Origin: Deltaproteobacteria bacterium | Lineage (GTDB): Bacteria > Myxococcota > XYA12-FULL-58-9 > JABJBS01 | Direction: 5' to 3' | DNA length: 64,000 bases | Assembly (NCBI GenBank): GCA_018668695.1 | Contig: JABJBS010000308.1 | Coordinates: 1,430-65,429 of the forward strand | Part shown: positions 48,032 to 57,689 of the stretch, piece after piece | Position numbering within the stretch: the first letter of the stretch is position 1 | How the letters are laid out: every line of letters starts with the position of its first letter | Made by a program: the position numbers and the translations under genes | Notes under the pieces: generated by a model | Told to the model about the DNA's origin: nothing | Databases searched by the model: none | What the model saw: only the letters and a program-made list of their open reading frames with translations

Positions 48032-48940
48032 ATGAATACCACCAAACAATTTCTGGCCCTTTTGGCCACACTCTTACTCGCAGTAGCACTCAGTGCCTGT
48101 GGGATGGACGGCCTGGGCAACCAGGTCAGTGACGTCGCGTCCCTCTCAACCCTGGATACGGACCAAGACGGACTCACGGATTCAGAAGAAGAAGCACTCG
48201 GCACGGATCCCAATGACGCTGACAGCGATGACGACGGAATTTCTGACGGCGACGAAGTCGATGCGGGTTGGGATCCACTGGATACCGATTCCGATGATGA
48301 CGGTGAACTCGATGGCGACGAATGGGGCGAAGAAGAAGCAGAGGAAGAAGAAGCGTGCCCATGTCCACCAGAAGTAGATGACGAAGACGAAGATAATGAC
48401 TTCGACGGCGAAGAAGAAGGCGAATGGGATGACTTCGAAGACGCTGAAGAAGGTTGCGACGACGATGAAGAAAACGACTTCGACAACGATGAAGAAGGTG
48501 ATTGGGATGACGAAGAGTCATGCTGCACCTGTGAGTGCGATGATGAAAATGACAATGACTTCGATGATGAAGAAGAATACCTCGAAGCACTTGAAGAAGC
48601 CTGCGACTACGGCATCGAAGAAGCGTGCGACGCACTCGCAGAGATCTTCGGCGATGACGAAAATACCTGCGACGAAGACCAAGCAGAAGAAGGTGATTTC
48701 GAAGATGAGGAAGAAGGAGAATGGGACGAAAACCATCCTGAGCACTCTGAAGCGGACGCCGATGAAGATGACTTCGCTGACGTAGAATGGGACGAGTCTT
48801 TAGAGGAACTTGAAGATGCTTGTGACAATGGTGACGAAGATGCTTGCGAAGAACTCGCGTCTATCTTCATGGACGATGAAGGCGACTGCGACGACGAAGA
48901 CGATGTTGAAGACGCCGAAGTCGAAACACCAGAAATCTAA
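48032..48940 (+). CDS. Extremely acidic secreted lipoprotein with thrombospondin-type-3-like Ca-binding repeats and duplicated Cys modules
   Basis: Lipobox LAVALSAC. The calcium-type repeats are [29 protein letters not shown] and [14 protein letters not shown]. Asp plus Glu make up more than half of the mature residues. The two ~34-aa modules are [30 protein letters not shown] and [31 protein letters not shown]. Confidence 0.7.
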   Translation: MNTTKQFLALLATLLLAVALSACGMDGLGNQVSDVASLSTLDTDQDGLTDSEEEALGTDPNDADSDDDGISDGDEVDAGWDPLDTDSDDDGELDGDEWGEEEAEEEEACPCPPEVDDEDEDNDFDGEEEGEWDDFEDAEEGCDDDEENDFDNDEEGDWDDEESCCTCECDDENDNDFDDEEEYLEALEEACDYGIEEACDALAEIFGDDENTCDEDQAEEGDFEDEEEGEWDENHPEHSEADADEDDFADVEWDESLEELEDACDNGDEDACEELASIFMDDEGDCDDEDDVEDAEVETPEI

Positions 48941-49008
48941 TCAACGCTCTGATGAGCTGACACAAGAAAGGAGGGCCTAAGCCCTCCAATCATACCCTCC
49001 CCAAGATT

Positions 49009-49047
49009 CCCCCACTGAACAATGCCCTGTTCAGTGGGGGATTTTTG
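49009..49047 (+). terminator. Rho-independent terminator between the convergent acidic-lipoprotein and lipoxygenase genes
   Basis: A perfect 13-bp stem pairs cccccactgaaca (49009-49021) with tgttcagtggggg (49028-49040) around a 6-nt loop, followed by atttttg. A second small hairpin, ggagggc/gccctcc, lies at 48970-48987. Confidence 0.85.
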
Positions 49048-49048
49048 C

Positions 49049-50776
49049 TTAAGTGCTCACAGAACACTCCATCGCTTCGGGGTAAAGTGCCCCATGACTA
49101 AATGGCTTGGCATCCATCTTCTTCTGCAACTCGCCTAAATCGGCTCTAAAATTATCCATGCATGCTTTCCCTTTTGGGTCCAAAGCCAAATTCGCGTGGT
49201 CATCCACCAAGCGGTTTAGGGGGACAAAGGTGAGCACCGATGTATTAATATATCGCTGATAAGCATCCACACTGGGCCGGCTACCATCGGTAGGAACAAC
49301 ACTCGGGATATACTGAGGCAGCGTTGTGTAATTCCAAGTGATGTTGCCAACATTTTCGTGTTCAACAGCTGCGGTCTGAATCAAAACCATAGATAGTTTG
49401 GCTACGCCCTCACGAGTCAATCCACCAGAATAATCCGAGACACCATTTGGAATATACTTCTCAAGGTCCTTAAACCAGTTTTGTATCTCGGGGTCGGCCG
49501 CAATGGCTTCATCAGAATCGTAGTAAGTCTCGATATAAGAACGGACGTAGTCTTCAATCACATTTTGCATATCAGAAACGTTGTCAAGGTATGGATATTC
49601 TACAGGTTTACCATCCACTCCAATCGCACCGGCCATGCCTCGGCGCGCTGCATCAGCCTTGGGATCCATGCGTGAGATATCGAACGAGCCCGCATAATCA
49701 TTCATCACCTTGTAGATCTCTTTGCGCTCATAGCTAAAGATATTCGGCAACGAAGATGAATCACTCATGATTAAGTTTGGCACCTTATAGTTATTCGTCG
49801 ACAAAGTGAGGTGATAGTGAGGGTGCAACAATCGACGGATCGGATGGTCAGCATCTAGATTATTTGTGGTCACGCCGGCAAACGTTCCACTCACCAAGAG
49901 ATGCGTGTTGGCCAAGTGACGAATCATCGTCATGTCGGTTGAAAGCGAACAAAGTGCGATTTTCTGAACCTGCTCCCAGTCATCACTTTGAGGTGTAACA
50001 ACCCTTCCCTGGTACTCAATATGAGTTGTGTTCATACGCTTTTGAGACGGGGAATAACTAAAGTAGGCCTTACAACCTAAGGGCGATAACCCTTCACGCA
50101 CCGGTACACCCTCCAATGAAGACATGTCGATAAAATACTCATTCGGCTTCGAATCATTTTTTTCGATGTAACCAGCAAAGGGACCAGAGAGCGCCAACGT
50201 CCCCAAGACATCATCTGGCCTGGCACTGATCTCAGGTGGCACCACGGGTACCGGCAACAGCTCCCGGTATGCAGCAGGGAATGCTTCTTCTATGACCGCA
50301 TCGTGATTTGCTGAAACTTGCGGTAATCCATCTGCATGAAGAGAGAAACTACTTGAGAGCCATCGAATCATAGCAAAAAGATATTGCTTGGCTTTCGATT
50401 CTTCCGCCGCCGGGACCCCATCGGTTGTATAAATATTGGGGATATCGATACCTGGAAATTTATCTGAAAACCGAATCATAGGCAGCTTCTCATTCACCGG
50501 CGCCTCGATACGCTGAATCGTGGCCGACTTGAAAACGTAGGCTACGACGTTTGCCCAGAACTTCTGCTTCATTCGGTAAACGAAGCCTGGCTCAACTTTC
50601 TCGAGAGATTCTGAATTTTGCGGTGCCCGAACCATCGCATCCGAGGGCGCGATGGCCGAGACGCCGGTAGGAGCCGCAACTTCTGAAACAGAGGAAACAA
50701 AGGAATCTGCTGGGGGAACTGAAACAGCAGGCTGACTTGACGCAGTAGTAGGTGAAATCGCAGAAAGAGACGACAT
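49049..50776 (-). CDS. Lipoxygenase-family iron dioxygenase
   Basis: Start at ATG 50776, with GGAG 6 nt upstream. The HxxxxH iron-ligand helix is IRHLANTHLLVS (49895-49918). HPIRRLLHPHYHLTLSTNN (49811-49846) matches the plant/bacterial LOX HPIxKLLxPHYxxTxxIN block. The Ser/Ala/Pro-rich N-terminus shows no obvious signal peptide. Confidence 0.7.
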   Translation of the reverse strand: MSSLSAISPTTASSQPAVSVPPADSFVSSVSEVAAPTGVSAIAPSDAMVRAPQNSESLEKVEPGFVYRMKQKFWANVVAYVFKSATIQRIEAPVNEKLPMIRFSDKFPGIDIPNIYTTDGVPAAEESKAKQYLFAMIRWLSSSFSLHADGLPQVSANHDAVIEEAFPAAYRELLPVPVVPPEISARPDDVLGTLALSGPFAGYIEKNDSKPNEYFIDMSSLEGVPVREGLSPLGCKAYFSYSPSQKRMNTTHIEYQGRVVTPQSDDWEQVQKIALCSLSTDMTMIRHLANTHLLVSGTFAGVTTNNLDADHPIRRLLHPHYHLTLSTNNYKVPNLIMSDSSSLPNIFSYERKEIYKVMNDYAGSFDISRMDPKADAARRGMAGAIGVDGKPVEYPYLDNVSDMQNVIEDYVRSYIETYYDSDEAIAADPEIQNWFKDLEKYIPNGVSDYSGGLTREGVAKLSMVLIQTAAVEHENVGNITWNYTTLPQYIPSVVPTDGSRPSVDAYQRYINTSVLTFVPLNRLVDDHANLALDPKGKACMDNFRADLGELQKKMDAKPFSHGALYPEAMECSVST

Positions 50777-51142
50777 CTTAGAGGCTCCAAATTTTATTCT
50801 TATTGTTATTTTTATTAGCAGGCCCAGCGATATGACTGGCCCTGCCAATTACTTATCGGGACGAGATTTCACATGTTGTGTCTTTTTTTCATGAGCCATG
50901 TCGCGCGCCCGTCTTCTCCCGGTCGCAGTCTCCTCCCGCAAGCATCCCACCATGACCTCTAAACCCTTATTTTTAATTAAGAATCTTCCGCATTACCTAA
51001 ATCACGTTCAGCTTTTGGACATCCTTGAAAGGATTGTAAATGTTCAGCGTTAGCCCCTATCCATAGCCCGGCCCTGGGGTTATAAGACTCCCCCAATCAG
51101 GCACGCCTATTTTCAACGCCTGATATTGAAAGGACAACGATT

Positions 51143-52120
51143 GTGACTACTCACGCAAAACGCACCCCTCTTTACTTGGCTCTTTTTGCCGGTGCATGGC
51201 TCGTGGCCTGCCAACCTGCTGGCACAGCAGCACCTGCCGCTCCCGAAAATGCATGCGAGCAATACGCCGAGAAGCTATGTACTGAGCTCGGCGCTCAATC
51301 TCCCGGTTGTAAAGCAGCCAAGGATACCACAGCCATCATGCCTGCAGCCGCTTGCTGGGCAGGTTTCAACGATATGGCCGGCACTAAAGAGAAGATTGCC
51401 GCCATGGGCGAAAAATGCACCGAGCTTATCGAAAAGCTTTGTGCCGACCTCGGTCCGGACACCCAAACTTGTGCAATGGTTCGTGAAAAGACCGCTCAGT
51501 TCCCACCAGACCGCTGTGTACAAATGCTTGGACAGTACAAGCAGGTACTGGCTGAGCTCCAGCGCATGGAAGCACAAAATAAGCCTCTTAGCCCTGAAGC
51601 CGCTGCTGAGCTGGCCGCCGGTGACGTTGCTTCATTTGGTGCCAAAGATGCCAAAGTAACCATCGTAGAATTCTCTGACTTTCAGTGCCCCTACTGCACA
51701 CGTACAGCAACGGCGACCACTGAACTCAAGAAGAAGTATGGCGATAAAGTACGCGTTGTTTTCCGCCACTTCCCACTCTCGTTTCACAAAGAAGCTCACT
51801 TGGCAGCTCAAGCTTCATTGGCAGCAAACGCTCAGGGCAAGTTCTGGGAATACCACGATATGCTTTTTGCCAATCAAGAAGAGATCAAGACGGGTCCTGA
51901 CGCACTCAAGAAGTATGCGAAGAACCTCAAGCTCAACATGAAGAAATTCAATGCTGCGTTGGCCAACAAAACTTACGCTGCAGCTGTTGATGCAGACATG
52001 AAGCTTGGTGAAAAAGTATCAGTCAGTGGTACTCCAACTATGTTCTTGAATGGAGAACGGGTGGGCAACCCTACAGATGTTGCTGCAATCTCTAAGATGA
52101 TTGATAAGGCGCTCAATTGA
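51143..52120 (+). CDS. DsbA-family thiol:disulfide oxidoreductase lipoprotein with a duplicated 4-Cys N-terminal module
   Basis: GTG start at 51143, after AAGGA. Lipobox AWLVAC. The thioredoxin-fold active site is FSDFQCPYCTR, followed by FRHFPLSFH and GTPTMFLNG. Confidence 0.8.
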   Translation: MTTHAKRTPLYLALFAGAWLVACQPAGTAAPAAPENACEQYAEKLCTELGAQSPGCKAAKDTTAIMPAAACWAGFNDMAGTKEKIAAMGEKCTELIEKLCADLGPDTQTCAMVREKTAQFPPDRCVQMLGQYKQVLAELQRMEAQNKPLSPEAAAELAAGDVASFGAKDAKVTIVEFSDFQCPYCTRTATATTELKKKYGDKVRVVFRHFPLSFHKEAHLAAQASLAANAQGKFWEYHDMLFANQEEIKTGPDALKKYAKNLKLNMKKFNAALANKTYAAAVDADMKLGEKVSVSGTPTMFLNGERVGNPTDVAAISKMIDKALN

Positions 52121-53034
52121 GCCCTTCTTCAACGAATTTGAAGATCAATAAGGCCGTCCATCCCTTTTTAAGGTTTGGGCGGTCTTTTTATTGGTCCCCT
52201 GCCGCAGTGCTACTGGCCCTCCTGGTCTCCCTGAGCAGCTGTGCATCTACAACTCAAGTACCAGTTGGACATCAAGCGCAAACACCCAACGAAGCGCTTT
52301 TAAATGACATTTGGGCTGCAACCCATACCGACCAACTCTTCGACTCTCTTCCCTTAAAAATGCCTATTGAAGAGATGATTAACGACCGTTTCAAGGATGC
52401 GGGCCTAGACTATCAAAATAAGATTCAACGCTTACTCGACAGAAATCTTCAACCCAAACGGCTCCAAAAGATGCTTCAGAGCCAACTTCTTCTGAGATTT
52501 CAAAACTCTAAGGCCACCGAAGTGCTTAAGTTTTACCAAACCCCGCTTGGTAAACTCTATGGAGAGGCCGGGCACCAATTCGATCCTGAGGACCCCCAAT
52601 TTAAAATCTTCGTCCAAGGTCCGAAGCCGACTAAAAAACGCCTCGCATACATGGCTAAACTCCTCACGGCATCTGGCTCTACAAAATTTGCATCCATTAC
52701 TCTCATCACTCCGATTGAAACTATTTTCCAAGAGCTAGAGCACCAGAAGCAATTGGCCGGACAAACCCCGCACAAGAGCAGTTCCTCCGACCTGCGTAAA
52801 TCGATGCGCTCGGTTGTAAAAGCGATGCATAAAGGCATGCTCCTCACGGCAAGTTTTGCCTATCGAGATTTCAGCGAAGCCCAGCTCAAAGAGCTTGTCG
52901 CCTTTGAGACAAGTTCCACTTCAAAATGGTACAACACCGCTTTACTCGATTCGTATGAACGGACGCTTCAGGTGGCGACCCGCCGATTTACGAAGCAACT
53001 GCTCAAGCTTCTACAGCACACTCCGCCCAAATAA
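52117..53034 (+). CDS. Hypothetical lipoprotein
   Basis: Signal peptide plus lipobox LLVSLSSC, followed by a helical, Lys/Gln-rich body. The start is uncertain: TTG 52117, which overlaps the dsbA-like TGA, or TTG 52138. Confidence 0.5.
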   Translation: MSPSSTNLKINKAVHPFLRFGRSFYWSPAAVLLALLVSLSSCASTTQVPVGHQAQTPNEALLNDIWAATHTDQLFDSLPLKMPIEEMINDRFKDAGLDYQNKIQRLLDRNLQPKRLQKMLQSQLLLRFQNSKATEVLKFYQTPLGKLYGEAGHQFDPEDPQFKIFVQGPKPTKKRLAYMAKLLTASGSTKFASITLITPIETIFQELEHQKQLAGQTPHKSSSSDLRKSMRSVVKAMHKGMLLTASFAYRDFSEAQLKELVAFETSSTSKWYNTALLDSYERTLQVATRRFTKQLLKLLQHTPPK

Positions 53035-53219
53035 ACTCATCAGGGGTTCCTGCCACTGAAGGCATCGAAGGTGCGAACTGCCAAAAAGCTTCACTTTTTG
53101 TAAAACTTAAGACATTCTCGATTATCACTGAAATCGGTTCATCCTGGATTTGAGCGAGTACCCTTTTAAAGCTCAAGCGTCTCTTCAGGTTTATCTGTGC
53201 GTGTTAAGGAAATGTCTCG

Positions 53220-54422
53220 ATGAAAACTATTTTCGGTCCTGGATCAAAAATCAAAGAGCAATTGAGCTATTCAAAGTTCAAGACCGAGTCACTTCGTGTG
53301 CTTATTCCAGGTAAAAAATATCATCTACAGCGCGAAAGCCAACGTGCACTCGAGGCCTTGGGTCATAAAGTTCTTTACTTAGAAGTCCCAGAAACCGCCG
53401 GCGAGCTCGTCAGGAAACTGATTGAAACATTTATTCAGTTCAAGCCTGATATGCTTCTTACAATCAATCACATCGGTTTTGATGCGGCCGGTACAATTGG
53501 TCAAATCTTAGACGAGATACAGCTTCCGGTGGCCGCCTGGTACGTTGATAGCCCCGAGTTCGTCCTGGGAAAGCAAGGACTGCCTGCAGAGTCGATGACC
53601 ACTGTATTCATGTGGGAAAGAGACCTCATTCCGAAGCTCAAAGCCATGGGGCTAGAGGATATCCACTACCTCCCACTTGCCAGTGATATTTCTGTATTCA
53701 AACCTCGACAAACCCAAACTAAACACGACTTTTGCTTTGTCGGTGACAGTATGACCTCGGCCCGTCAGAAGTGGAATGCTCGTATTGCTCCGGCGCACCA
53801 AAAGATTGTCGTAGAACTCACCGAAGCCCTGCTCACCAATCGTCACCTCGACTCGACACAGCTTATCAAAAAAATGGCACCATCACTGAACAACCAGGAG
53901 CTGGCCGACATTCTTGGAGCAAGTACCTGGGAGGCGACCGCCAAATACCGCAACGGTCTCTTAAGACCCTTCGACACCAACGCTCTCACAATCTACGGCG
54001 ATAAACACTGGCCCGGCATCATGCCCAAATCGAATTTCCAGGGATACATCCTCTACGGTGAGCCCTTAAGTAAAGTCTATGAGCAATCATGCATCAACCT
54101 TAACGCCACGAGTCTCCAAATGGGCAGTGCGGTCAATCAAAGAGTGTTTGATGTTCCGGCCGCCGGTGGCTTCATTCTTACAGATGCTCAATCCGATGCA
54201 CTTGAACACTTTGAGAATGAAAAAGAGATCATTACTTACAGCTCTGCGGACGAGCTCAGCGATAAAGCGGCCTACTACCTAAAACATGAGAGCGAGCGCC
54301 TTGGTATCATCGAAGCGGGTCACAAAAAGGTCATGTCGATGCATACTTACCAGCACCGCCTTCAAGACCTGCTCAGCCACATGAAGGATCGGCACGCTTC
54401 GCCAACGTCGACTCAAGTTTAA
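53220..54422 (+). CDS. CgeB-like glycosyltransferase family protein
   Basis: The N-terminal half (KPDMLLTINHIGFDAAG...LPVAAWYVDSP) and the C-terminal block (NQRVFDVPAAGGFILTDAQSDALEHFENEKEIITYSSADELSDKAAYYL...YQHRL) resemble the DUF3880 plus Glyco_trans_1_2 architecture of CgeB proteins, as I recall it. Confidence 0.5.
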   Translation: MKTIFGPGSKIKEQLSYSKFKTESLRVLIPGKKYHLQRESQRALEALGHKVLYLEVPETAGELVRKLIETFIQFKPDMLLTINHIGFDAAGTIGQILDEIQLPVAAWYVDSPEFVLGKQGLPAESMTTVFMWERDLIPKLKAMGLEDIHYLPLASDISVFKPRQTQTKHDFCFVGDSMTSARQKWNARIAPAHQKIVVELTEALLTNRHLDSTQLIKKMAPSLNNQELADILGASTWEATAKYRNGLLRPFDTNALTIYGDKHWPGIMPKSNFQGYILYGEPLSKVYEQSCINLNATSLQMGSAVNQRVFDVPAAGGFILTDAQSDALEHFENEKEIITYSSADELSDKAAYYLKHESERLGIIEAGHKKVMSMHTYQHRLQDLLSHMKDRHASPTSTQV

Positions 54423-54602
54423 CCACAATCTACCGACGTGAGCGCCCCAAGACTGAATCCTCAAGGCCAAAAGCTCGTCTAGAGTTGGCTAAACCAACTA
54501 CGTACATTTATGTAGAATATTAATCTAGTAATTTTAGGTAGATAGAAAGCTTGCCACTTCTCCGAGAATTGAGGATAATTGAACCGGGGAGTCACGTAAA
54601 AA

Positions 54603-57188
54603 GTGAATACATTGGATTATAGTGAACCGGGAGCAGGCTCTGAAGAGCCGAACTCTGAGGTCTTAGAACAAAAATACAAAGAGTATTTGTCTGACCTCCA
54701 GAGCAGCCGCGCCAAAATCGGTTACTGGGTGATTTTTATCTGGGTTCCCCTGGGCTCATTGCGTGACCTGATCAATACGCCGGATCTGATTCACGAAACC
54801 GTGACCTTGCGTATCATCACAACGCTCATCGCAATCTTACTCTTCTTCTTCTTTTTCGAGCCATCGAGAAAGCACCTTGCCCATCATTCCATTTTGGCAG
54901 CGGCACTCTGCATCCTCTTCATGAACGAAGTTGGCATCATCACGACTGGCTCTTTTTCCAATCAGCTTTATTTTGGACCGATCATTGTCTTACTGACCAC
55001 GGGATTCCTAAGCTGCTGGCCCCCCAAAGCCATGATTGCGCTCGGGGCCATTACTCCGTTTATTTATTGCGTGCCGGGTATCATCTTATTTGAAAACATT
55101 GACTACGATACGATGATTCAGCACACCTACCTCATCGCTCTCGCGGGTGCGCTTGCGACAATGACATGCCACTACGAATATAAACTTCGTAAAGAGGAGT
55201 TTCACTCACGTTACCTTCTCAGCGAAAAAACCAAGCAGCTTGAGCTCGTCTCCTCAGAGCTTCAATCGACCGTGACTAAACTTCAGAAAACTGACGCCGC
55301 GAAGACACGTTTTTTTGCCAATATCACGCACGAACTCAAAACTCCCCTCACCATGATTTTGTTACCACTGGACGGGATTCTTAAAAACAATGCGTCCTTA
55401 AAACCCGCCACTCGTGACAAACTCAATATCCTCAAGCGCCAAGCCCAACAATTACTGACCTTAGTCAACGATATTTTAACGCTTGCTCAGCTAGATCATG
55501 ATGCGATTCCAGCGAGTATCCGGCACGTGGATGCAACGACATTCACCCGCTATCTTCTAAGCGGTTATCAACCCCTCGCTGACGAAGAAAATATTGAACT
55601 CCTCTTTTCCGGAAGCCCCTCTCCGGCAACTCTAGACATCGACCCTCAGCACCTTCAAACCATTCTCAACAACTTAATCATCAATGCTTTCAAGTACTCT
55701 GATGCCGGTGGCCAAATCGATGTTCATATCCGTGTCCGAGCAGACCAGTGTGTTTTTGTCGTCCGCGATTCCGGCACAGGAATAACCAAAGAAGACCTAC
55801 CCCATATTTTCAACCGTTTTGTCCAATCCGAAAACCCATCGACCAAACGAGGAGGGGGCTTTGGTATCGGGCTGTCTCTTGCGGATGAATTGGTTCGGCT
55901 ACACCAGGGCAGCATTAAAGTTGAGAGTTCAAAGCGAGAGGGAACCAAGTTTATCGTCAGCTTTCCAAGGGTTCAGGAAGCTCCAAACCACTCACCCATC
56001 GACAATTTCACTGCACTGACGACCACTCAAAATATCTTGGCGGGCAAAGCCAAGGACACCGGTGCATATTACCCACCGACCAACGCGTCTCGTGAGCGTG
56101 TTCTCATCGTCGAAGATAATGATGAGCTCAGACTCTATCTAAAAGAACAACTCGAGCCCTACTACACTATATTTTGCGCAACTTCTCACCAAGCAGCACT
56201 CGAGTACATTCACAAAAGCTCACCAGACCTTGTCCTCTCCGACGTAATGATGCCGGGCTTGTCGGGGTTTGAGCTTTTACGACAGATTCGTGAGACGTAC
56301 TCGATGACGGAACTACCCTGCATTTTGCTTACTGCAAGAGGCGAGGATGAGAATATTGAAAGCAGTATGGATGCCGGAGCAAACGATTATATCACGAAAC
56401 CATTCAACCTAAATACACTGATGGCTCGTATAGAAGTTCAACTGCGACTTAAAGCTATCGCCCAAGACCTTGCCCGAGAGCGCGTAGCCTCCGCTATGGG
56501 TGCGCTTGCCTCAGGCCTTGCTCACGAACTGCGTAATCCTCTCAATGTTGTTCTTAATGGATTGCCCAATCTTCGCTCCAGCATAGAGCCTGTAGAAGAC
56601 TCTAAAACTTCTAAAATTCTCCAAATCCTTGAGCAAAGTTCAGGGAAAATATCCAACTTGATCGATGAGCTTATACGCTTTGGAACAGATGAACTCGCGC
56701 TATCTGTATGGGAACCCAATGTTGCTCTCATGGCTGCCTGGCAGAGCGAGAAAAAAGAGAACTCGAATATCAATATTAAGTTCTCTCTTGAATACACAGG
56801 CAGTATTCAAGCATTTGGCTCAAAGGTGGATGAGAGTGTTCACCACCTACTCCGAAATGCAATCAGTGCGGCCGGTCCTGATGGGAATATAACGCTGGCA
56901 ACCAAGAGCGAGGACGGCGGAGTTTCTATTGTTGTCAGTGACGATGGTCCGGGTATAGCACCCGAGCTTGCTCAACGTATTTTTGATCCGTTCTTCACAA
57001 CTCAAACCGAAACAAATGCCGCGGGTCTGGGGCTACATATGGTTCAATGGGTCACAAGGTTGCATGGCGGACACATCGGCTTGGAAACACAACTCGGCCA
57101 AGGCAGCCAGTTCATCATCTGGTTACCCAAGATTCCTCAACGCGCGGACAAAAATTTCAAAAGAGACTTGGACCTGGGACTGAGTTAA
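54603..57188 (+). CDS. Membrane sensor with two complete histidine-kinase transmitter modules flanking a receiver (TM-HK-REC-HK)
   Basis: The N-terminus is multi-TM. H-box 1 is FFANITHELKTPL (His codon 55329-55331), with NAFKYSDAGG, DSGTGI and GFGIGL. The REC reads VLIVEDNDEL...LVLSDVMMPGLSG...LLTARG...YITKP. H-box 2 is LAHELRNPLN (His codon 56523-56525), with DDGPGI and GLGLHMV. Confidence 0.85.
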   Translation: MNTLDYSEPGAGSEEPNSEVLEQKYKEYLSDLQSSRAKIGYWVIFIWVPLGSLRDLINTPDLIHETVTLRIITTLIAILLFFFFFEPSRKHLAHHSILAAALCILFMNEVGIITTGSFSNQLYFGPIIVLLTTGFLSCWPPKAMIALGAITPFIYCVPGIILFENIDYDTMIQHTYLIALAGALATMTCHYEYKLRKEEFHSRYLLSEKTKQLELVSSELQSTVTKLQKTDAAKTRFFANITHELKTPLTMILLPLDGILKNNASLKPATRDKLNILKRQAQQLLTLVNDILTLAQLDHDAIPASIRHVDATTFTRYLLSGYQPLADEENIELLFSGSPSPATLDIDPQHLQTILNNLIINAFKYSDAGGQIDVHIRVRADQCVFVVRDSGTGITKEDLPHIFNRFVQSENPSTKRGGGFGIGLSLADELVRLHQGSIKVESSKREGTKFIVSFPRVQEAPNHSPIDNFTALTTTQNILAGKAKDTGAYYPPTNASRERVLIVEDNDELRLYLKEQLEPYYTIFCATSHQAALEYIHKSSPDLVLSDVMMPGLSGFELLRQIRETYSMTELPCILLTARGEDENIESSMDAGANDYITKPFNLNTLMARIEVQLRLKAIAQDLARERVASAMGALASGLAHELRNPLNVVLNGLPNLRSSIEPVEDSKTSKILQILEQSSGKISNLIDELIRFGTDELALSVWEPNVALMAAWQSEKKENSNINIKFSLEYTGSIQAFGSKVDESVHHLLRNAISAAGPDGNITLATKSEDGGVSIVVSDDGPGIAPELAQRIFDPFFTTQTETNAAGLGLHMVQWVTRLHGGHIGLETQLGQGSQFIIWLPKIPQRADKNFKRDLDLGLS

Positions 57189-57616
57189 ACAACTTTACTC
57201 AACTGACTCTCTAAAAAATCGATGAGAATCGCCTCGCCATTTAATTGCTGAAAACCCAAAAACTTTAAGCCGATCTTACCACCAACAACCCGGGTTATTT
57301 CGCAGTCAGCTTTCAACGACTGAGTCGGCAACATGAGCTCGAAACAAACACTCTTTAAGATGTAGGATTCTGGAACCGGCTTTTGATTACCCGGCTTAAA
57401 CGAAGCTCCTCGGAGACTGATGTCTCGAGTCATGCCTGTCCAAGTGTTTCCTGCAACTTGTAATTTACAAGGGATATCGATCCTACAACGTTCAACTTCT
57501 CGCCGCTCGCGGCCTCCCCAAGACATCAACATAGTTTTACAAGCCTCCACGTCCAGGTTAACAAGTGCTGCGATTGAAGTCATCAACCAATGATTTTGAT
57601 TCCGGTCAGCTCTCAT
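57185..57616 (-). CDS. PilZ domain protein
   Basis: RREVER (RxxxR) is followed ~24 aa later by DISLRGASF (DxSxxG). The protein is 143 aa. Its stop codon shares the TTAA tetranucleotide with the kinase stop. Confidence 0.7.
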   Translation of the reverse strand: MRADRNQNHWLMTSIAALVNLDVEACKTMLMSWGGRERREVERCRIDIPCKLQVAGNTWTGMTRDISLRGASFKPGNQKPVPESYILKSVCFELMLPTQSLKADCEITRVVGGKIGLKFLGFQQLNGEAILIDFLESQLSKVV

Positions 57617-57689
57617 AGTTTACCGGGAATACCGGATTCCAAAGTACGCTCTTTTTTTCACGTAAAATTCTCGTGAGCGCCAAAGCTCA

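Noticed and set aside
47941-48870. Minus-strand Ser-rich (204 aa), Arg/Leu-rich (153 aa) and other ORFs, plus a Lys/Thr-rich plus-strand alternative frame, over the acidic lipoprotein gene
   Set aside because: GAx-rich (Asp/Glu) coding sequence is automatically open in the antisense and shifted frames (TCx gives Ser). Only the frame with the lipobox signal peptide and the calcium-type repeats makes biological sense.
51099-51115. Sigma-54-like element aGGCACGcctatTTTCa upstream of the dsbA-like gene
   Set aside because: The -24 GGCACG is good, but the -12 GC is absent at the obligatory GG-N10-GC spacing (TT at that position, TC one nt later). I do not call it a promoter.
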